Assembly: GCF_004010195.1 (NCBI RefSeq)
Contig: NC_057719.1
Span: 9,002,333-9,066,332 of the forward strand
Reading direction: 5' to 3'
Origin: Chiloscyllium plagiosum
Taxonomy: Eukaryota
Length of the DNA: 64,000 bases
Numbering within the stretch: position 1 is the stretch's first letter; the number at the start of each line of letters is the position of its first letter. The notes under the pieces were generated by a model. The model worked only from the letters and a program-made list of their open reading frames with translations. It was not told where the DNA came from and did no database searches. A program made the position numbers and the translations under genes. This document shows positions 59,951 through 64,000 of the stretch, piece by piece.

Positions 59951-61475
59951 ACAGAAAATGGGGGAGATACTAAGTGAATATTTTGCATCAGTATTTACTG
60001 TGGAAAAGGATATGGAAAATATAGACTGTAGGGAAATAGATGGTGACATCTTGCAAAATGTCCAGATTACAGAGGAGGAAGTGTTGGATGTCGTGAAATG
60101 GTTAAAAGTGGATAAATTCCCAGGACCTGATCAGGTGTACCTGAGAACTCTGTGGAAAGCTAGAGAAGTGATTGCTGGGCCTCTTGCTGAGACATTTGTA
60201 TCATCGATAGTCACAGGTGAGGTGCCGGAAGANNNNNNNNNNNNNNNNNNNNNNNNNNNNNNNNNNNNNNNNNNNNNNNNNNNNNNNNNNNNNNNNNNNN
60301 NNNNNNNNNNNNNNNNNNNNNNNNNNNNNNNNNNNNNNNNNNNNNNNNNNNNNNNNNNNNNNNNNNNNNNNNNNNNNNNNNNNNNNNNNNNNNNNNNNNN
60401 NNNNNNNNNNNNNNNNNNNNNNNNNNNNNNNNNNNNNNNNNNNNNNNNNNNNNNNNNNNNNNNNNNNNNNNNNNNNNNNNNNNNNNNNNNNNNNNNNNNN
60501 NNNNNNNNNNNNNNNNNNNNNNNNNNNNNNNNNNNNNNNNNNNNNNNNNNNNNNNNNNNNNNNNNNNNNNNNNNNNNNNNNNNNNNNNNNNNNNNNNNNN
60601 NNNNNNNNNNNNNNNNNNNNNNNNNNNNNNNNNNNNNNNNNNNNNNNNNNNNNNNNNNNNNNNNNNNNNNNNNNNNNNNNNNNNNNNNNNNNNNNNNNNN
60701 NNNNNNNNNNNNNNNNNNNNNNNNNNNNNNNNNNNNNNNNNNNNNNNNNNNNNNNNNNNNNNNNNNNNNNNNNNNNNNNNNNNNNNNNNNNNNNNNNNNN
60801 NNNNNNNNNNNNNNNNNNNNNNNNNNNNNNNNNNNNNNNNNNNNNNNNNNNNNNNNNNNNNNNNNNNNNNNNNNNNNNNNNNNNNNNNNNNNNNNNNNNN
60901 NNNNNNNNNNNNNNNNNNNNNNNNNNNNNNNNNNNNNNNNNNNNNNNNNNNNNNNNNNNNNNNNNCGGAAAGATGTTGTGAAATTTGAAAGGGTTCAGAA
61001 AAGATTTACAAGGATGTTGCCAGGGGTGGAGGATTTGAGCTACAGGGAGAGGCTGAACAGGCTGGGGCTGTTTTCCCTGGAGAGTCGGAGGCAGAGGGGT
61101 GACCTTATAGAGGTTTACAAAATTATGAGGGGCATGGATAGGATAAATAGACGAAGTCTTTCCTCTGGAGTCGGGGAGTCCAGAACTAGAGGGCATAGGT
61201 TTAGGGTGAGAGGGGAAAGATATAAAAGAGACCCAAGGGGCAACATTTTCACGCAGAGAGTGGTACGTGTTTGGAATGAGCTGCCAGAGGAAGTGATGGA
61301 GGCTGCTACAATTGCAACATTTAAGAGGCATTTGGATGGGTATATGAATAGGAAGGGTTTTGAGGGATATGGGCCGTGTGCTGGCAGGTGGGACTAGATT
61401 GGGTTGGGATGTCTGCTTGGCATGGACGGATTGGACTGAAGGCTCTGTTTCCGTGCTGTACATCTCTATGACTCC
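59951..61475 (+). mobile_element. Young 5'-truncated HER1/CR1 LINE
   Basis: EILSEYFASVFTVE..KVDKFPGPD before the gap; RKDVVKFERVQKRFTRMLPG..WNELPEEV and an intact tail after it. Confidence 0.95.
60233..60965. other. Assembly gap (733 N)
   Basis: Run of N. Confidence 1.
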
Positions 61476-62304
61476 AAGACTCTATTATAAATCTCTCTAT
61501 TTCTTACATTAGGGTAAGCCTGCTTGTTCAGCTGAACAGGATTGCTTGGGGCCATACATAAAGTGAAATATCTCACCCTTATTAATAATTGTTGAACACA
61601 ATAATGTTTAAGTTCTGAAACTTTAATGCAGTGGAGGATAGCAATGATGTGGATATAACCATAGGAGACATTTTAATCACAAATATACTCCAGAATACGT
61701 TGACAACTCATACACATGTGCCAAGGCTGGCTGGTTTGTACCAAGAATGTTTTCTGGTTGATATCTCAGCACTCGGCTCCATCATTAAGCACTTTGACAG
61801 AGGATCCTGCTGCATGGTAGTGATGGATCGTTACCAGCCCGAAGGCCAGGTTAAAGCACAAATACTGTACGGAAGGTGAGTAATCTGAATGGGTGGAGGG
61901 GTGGAGTCTATGGGAGTAAAAATCAAATCAGGAAGCTGTCTGCAAACAATGAATGTGAAAAGTCACACACTGCATTGGCGCAGCCTCCCCATCGAAGTCT
62001 GTAAACATCATTTCAGGCTGCGTATAGGTACGAGAAGGGGTGACCTACTTTCCAAAGCACACATCTATTTCTTCTTTCCCTGCCTTAGTTTAGCTAGCGT
62101 CACACAGTAAGCACATAATTCAGATGAAAATGACTTGCTGCAGCTGCGTAGGGCCTGGGTAAGACTGCATTTGGAGAACTGTGTGAATTTTGGGAAATGG
62201 TATTGAGATATAAGATAAGCTATGATCGAGTTGAAGGGCTGAGCAGGGCTTGATAAATCTCATTATAGGCATAGGCATCTATAGTGCAGAAAAAGACCCT
62301 TCGT

Positions 62305-62587
62305 CCCATCAAATCTGTGCTCGTCAAAAACAACCACCTAACTATTCAAACCTCTGAACCTTGTATGTCTTGGCACCGTGGGCGGCACGGTGGCACAGTG
62401 GTTAGCACTGCTGCCTCACAGCGCCAGAGACCCGGGTTCAATTCCCGCCTCAGGCGACCCATCAAATCTGTGCTCGTCAAAAACAACCACCTAACTATTC
62501 CAACCTCTGAACCTTGTATGTCTTGGCACCGTGGGCAGCACGGTGGCACAGTGGTTAGCACTGCTGCCTCACAGCGCCAGAGACCCG
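62305..62587 (+). repeat. Tandem duplication (153-bp period) of flank + HE1 head
   Basis: cccatcaaatctgtgctcg...agagacccg at 62305 and again at 62458. Confidence 0.95.
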
Positions 62588-62735
62588 CAGGTCAGGTGAA
62601 TTGGCCACGCTAAATTGTCTGTAGTGTTAGGTAAGGGGTAAATGTAGGGGTATGGGTGGGTTTCGCTTCGGCTGGTCGGTGTGGACTTGTTGGGCCGAAG
62701 GGCCTGTTTCCACACCGTAAGTAATCTAATCTAAT
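62379..62735 (+). mobile_element. Rearranged young HE1 SINE
   Basis: Two heads, central part missing, intact tail gtaatctaatctaatc. Confidence 0.92.
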
Positions 62736-62744
62736 CACAAGTGC

Positions 62745-62998
62745 ACATCCAACTGCCTGCAAGTTCCCCTCCAAGCCACTCACCATCCTGGCTTGGCAAA
62801 ACATTGCCGTTCCTTCACTGTCACTGGGTTAGAATCCTGTGTAATCCCTCCCTAAGGGCATTGTGGGTCAACCCACAGCAGGTGGACTGCAGCAGTTTAA
62901 GAAGGCAGCTCACCCCCACCTTCACAAGGGGCACCTAGGGATGGGCAATAAATACTGCCCAACCGTGATGCCCACATGCCAAGAATGAATAAATAAAA
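62745..62998 (+). mobile_element. LINE family B 3' end
   Basis: ctgcaagttcccctccaagccactcacc...agggatgggcaataaatac...cccacatgccaagaatgaat. Confidence 0.8.
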
Positions 62999-63179
62999 TG
63001 CTTCTTAAATATTATGAGTATTTCTGCCTCTACCAACCTTCCAGGCAATGAGTTCCAGATTCCCACCATCCTCTCAGTAAAAATGATTTTCCTCCCATCT
63101 CTTCTCAACATTAAATCTATGCCACTTGGTCTTTAATCCCTCCATCGAGGGGAGAAAATTTCTTCTGATCTAACCTACC

Positions 63180-63700
63180 TGTGGGAGATTTGTTAGAACC
63201 AAGGCAGCCATCTTGTCACATACTAAAAGCCTAGAAACCATTTTAAATCTCATATTAGTGTCTGTTTGTTCAGCTTGTACGTTCCCAGGCTCAGTGAGGT
63301 GGTTGACCTCTGCTAATACATGACAGTGAAACTCTTTCCCAGTACGGGAACGTTCTTCTTTTCCAAGAATCTACTGTAATACTAACACTTGCTTATCAGC
63401 TACTAACTAGCACTGCCCAGACACTACATAACTGGGGCTAGTGACTGAGCAAGTAGGCACTTTGCTCATTATACTGCAATTAACAGTTTGCTAATTGTTA
63501 AATGAGTGTAACCTATATAATCACGCAACTCTCTGTATCTCGTCGGAGTGACTTGTGACCATGAGATCGACTTGTCTCTCCCCATGAGCTCATGAATAAA
63601 CAGTCAATAAGTCAAGGTTTATGTGGCATGATTCATTGTTCTTCTAATTTGGACTGCCACGTGCGAGTCACCCACTGCATAATGTATCCCATCCCCAACA
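63180..63700 (+). mobile_element. Solo LTR (ERV-like), 521 bp, inserted in a minus-strand CR1 remnant (about 63000-63790)
   Basis: TG...CA termini (tgtggg/ccccaaca), TSD ctacc/ttacc, TATATAA at 63514 and AATAAA at 63595. The CR1 sequence resumes after it. Confidence 0.7.
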
Positions 63701-64000
63701 TTACCTAAGCACCTCATAACTGTACACACCACAATCATGTCCCACTCAATCTCCTCTGCTCTAAGGAAACCAACCACAGTCAGCTCCTGTTCCTGTGACC
63801 AAGCTGCAATCTGTAAGAAGATGAACTGAGGAAGCAACTGCTTTCAATCAACATTGTAAGGCAATTTGGATTCTTTGTCCTCCTGCCATTGAAGGGGATG
63901 GAATGTTTTCCACGTTTTGTGTTAGCTGCTGTCTGATAATTCCTCACCACTGCCACCATGTTGTATGAGCTGGTCGGATTCTTGGCCACAATAAAGTGGA

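Noticed and set aside
59925..61463. ORFs of 490, 420 and 254 aa
   Set aside because: They span the N gap and are HER1/CR1 sequence.
61631..61882. 82-aa ORF ending near a donor-like aag|gtgagt
   Set aside because: No recognisable domain and no convincing acceptor; it cannot be supported without RNA or homology data.

Overview
Repeat-dominated, apparently non-coding stretch of a cartilaginous-fish (shark) genome. The assignment rests on about 19 HE1 V-SINE copies with their partner HER1/CR1 LINEs; the species cannot be fixed from sequence alone. No host protein-coding exon could be supported, and nearly all ORF-track entries are translations of repeats. The window holds CR1/HER1, L2, RTE and Rex1/Babar LINE remnants, at least four SINE families, two clear solo LTRs (one ERV-like) plus a possible third, a tRNA-Ile-like pseudogene and two assembly gaps. 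The most notable signal is a Penelope-like element (PLE) system. A near-complete but decayed RT + GIY-YIG element (33510-36225, minus) carries a minimal hammerhead ribozyme in each pseudo-LTR. Two Neptune-type PLE 3' ends and about a dozen short pLTR-only insertions from several families carry hammerhead cores (intact or decayed), and many are fold-back palindromes with 10-15 bp target-site duplications. Also seen are a local inverted duplication (30075-32003), rearranged HE1 SINEs and several AT-rich, homeobox-site-dense unique blocks that look like conserved non-coding enhancers in a gene desert or large intron. Repeat boundaries were read by eye and are approximate (about +/-20 bp) unless a TSD is quoted.
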